Positions 62,812 to 64,000 of a stretch of 64,000 nt of DNA are shown here, one piece after another. Position 1 is the first letter of the stretch; every line of letters starts with the position of its first letter. This DNA is from Eubacteriales bacterium (GTDB lineage Bacteria; Bacillota; Clostridia; Oscillospirales; CAG-272): the NCBI GenBank assembly GCA_045580085.1, contig JAZNND010000039.1:11387-75386 (forward strand), read 5' to 3'. The notes under the pieces were generated by a model. It saw only the letters and a program-made list of their open reading frames with translations. It did no database searches and was not told where the DNA came from. The position numbers and the translations under genes are program-made.

Positions 62812-64000
62812 ATGAAAGAGATTTACCAAAACATTGCCGCGCTGGTGGATTATGCCATCGGTTGCGGTTTGACGGCGCATGCCGACCGCACCTATGCCAT
62901 CAATGCGCTGATGGCACTTTTGAAGATCGATGAATATGAAGAGCCCGAGTGCTACGAAGAGAAATCTTTGGAGGAGATACTCGGCGCGCTTTCCGATTAT
63001 GCTTATAAGACGGGTGTGATCGCCGAAAACGGTGTGGCATATCGCGATCTTTACGATACCTCCTTGATGGGTGCACTCACCCCCCGCCCCTCCGAGGTTA
63101 TCGAAAAATTCTTCTCGCTCTATAAGACGGATCGCGTGGCGGCGACCGATTATTTCTATGCTCTTTGCCGCAATTCGGATTATATCCGCACGTATCGCGT
63201 TAAGAAGGATGTCAAATGGGTATATTCTTCCGCTTACGGCGACATTGATATTACCATCAATCTCTCCAAGCCCGAAAAGGATCCCAAGGCGATTGCTGCC
63301 GCCAAGAGCATGCCTCAAAGCGGATATCCCAAGTGCCTTTTGTGCCATGAAAACGAGGGCTATGCGGGCACGCTTCGCTCGCCTGCCCGTCAAAATCTGC
63401 GCCAGATCCCTCTGACGCTTGGCGGGGACGTGTGGTATATGCAATATTCTCCTTACGTATACTATAACGAGCATTGCATCGTACTTGCCGCCTCTCACAC
63501 CCCCATGAAAATCACCGAGGGCACCTTCCGCCGCGCTTTGGATTTTGTAGAGGCTTTGCCCCATTATTTTGTAGGCTCCAATGCCGATCTTCCCATCGTT
63601 GGCGGATCGATTCTCACGCATGACCATATGCAAGGCGGTCACTACACCTTTGCAATGGAAAAGGCTCCTATTGAACAAGAGCTCTCTTTTTCGGGCTTTG
63701 AAAACGTCAAAGCCGGTATTGTGCACTGGCCGATGTCTGTTATTCGTCTTGACAGCACCGATAAGGAAAGCCTTTGCGCTTTGGCATCCAAGATTCTTGA
63801 TGCATGGCGCGGATATACCGATGAGGAGGCGTTTGTCTTTGCCGAAACCGACGGGGAAGCGCATAACACCATCACTCCCATCGCACGCCGCCGCGGCGAA
63901 TTGTTTGAACTGGATCTCGTGTTGCGCAATAATATCACCACCCCCGAACATCCTCTCGGTGTTTATCATCCCCATGAGCATTTGCATCATATCAAGAAGG
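62812..64000 (+). CDS. galT: Galactose-1-phosphate uridylyltransferase, type 2 (partial, runs off the window)
   Basis: Not in the ORF track because there is no stop codon in the window. Hand translation from the ATG at 62812 gives MKEIYQNIAALVDYAIGCGL...YPKCLLCHENEGYAG...YSPYVYYNEHCIVL...GGSILTHDHMQGG. Confidence 0.85.
   Translation, partial: MKEIYQNIAALVDYAIGCGLTAHADRTYAINALMALLKIDEYEEPECYEEKSLEEILGALSDYAYKTGVIAENGVAYRDLYDTSLMGALTPRPSEVIEKFFSLYKTDRVAATDYFYALCRNSDYIRTYRVKKDVKWVYSSAYGDIDITINLSKPEKDPKAIAAAKSMPQSGYPKCLLCHENEGYAGTLRSPARQNLRQIPLTLGGDVWYMQYSPYVYYNEHCIVLAASHTPMKITEGTFRRALDFVEALPHYFVGSNADLPIVGGSILTHDHMQGGHYTFAMEKAPIEQELSFSGFENVKAGIVHWPMSVIRLDSTDKESLCALASKILDAWRGYTDEEAFVFAETDGEAHNTITPIARRRGELFELDLVLRNNITTPEHPLGVYHPHEHLHHIKK

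Noticed and set aside
62776-63990. A 404-aa minus-strand ORF covering the end of the window.
   Set aside because: It is antisense to an open plus-strand frame that translates into clear type-2 GalT motifs (YPKCLLCHENEGYAG, YSPYVYYNEHCIV, THDHMQGG). It is a shadow ORF.
1-64000. Prophage, IS element, conjugative element or known defence system (RM, TA, CBASS, Abi and similar).
   Set aside because: No ORF shows integrase, transposase, recombinase, capsid, terminase, methyltransferase, helicase-nuclease or toxin-antitoxin signatures. The only P-loop protein (25199-25705) is a small kinase-fold protein, and the Toprim protein sits in a housekeeping-like operon.

Overview
This 64-kb window looks like a chromosomal segment of a Bacillota (Clostridia-like) organism. 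The evidence is AGGAGG-type Shine-Dalgarno sites, many TTGACA-17-TATAAT promoters, a T-box leader before ileS, and the gene content. Housekeeping genes are interleaved with several cytoplasmic carbohydrate-catabolism loci and three very large surface proteins. The housekeeping set is tRNA-Lys(CTT), type-2 ileS, NADP-icd, a maf-nth fusion, a U32 peptidase, a Toprim protein and a partial galT. The catabolic loci contain clan GH-A, GH39-like, GH63-like and GH116-like enzymes, beta-helix proteins, four BNR/sialidase-fold proteins, a fucose-isomerase-like enzyme plus an aldose-1-epimerase-like (DUF4432-type) protein, and araD plus a G1P-dehydrogenase-like enzyme. Each locus has its own AraC, PocR-AraC, DeoR, LysR or MerR regulator. 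The surface proteins are a 1367-aa BspA-type LRR lipoprotein, a 931-aa lipoprotein with a near-perfect internal duplication, and a 1523-aa LamG-like x2 plus metallophosphoesterase protein. I found no rRNA, CRISPR array, transposase, integrase, phage gene or recognisable defence system. The most unusual signal is non-coding: a family of mosaic intergenic modules concentrated in the AT-rich first ~12 kb. Its clearest member is an array of short capped hairpins separated by the 9-nt word AACWTCACT or its complement, and one copy sits inside a terminator hairpin loop. Other candidates are a tandem triplication of cytoplasmic BNR-fold paralogs lacking the sialidase RIP arginine (in an AraC-MFS-YhcH-GH116-GalT locus), a small acidic ORF before the 1523-aa protein, and a continuous Maf-EndoIII ORF. 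All family assignments come from motifs read by eye. No database search was run.
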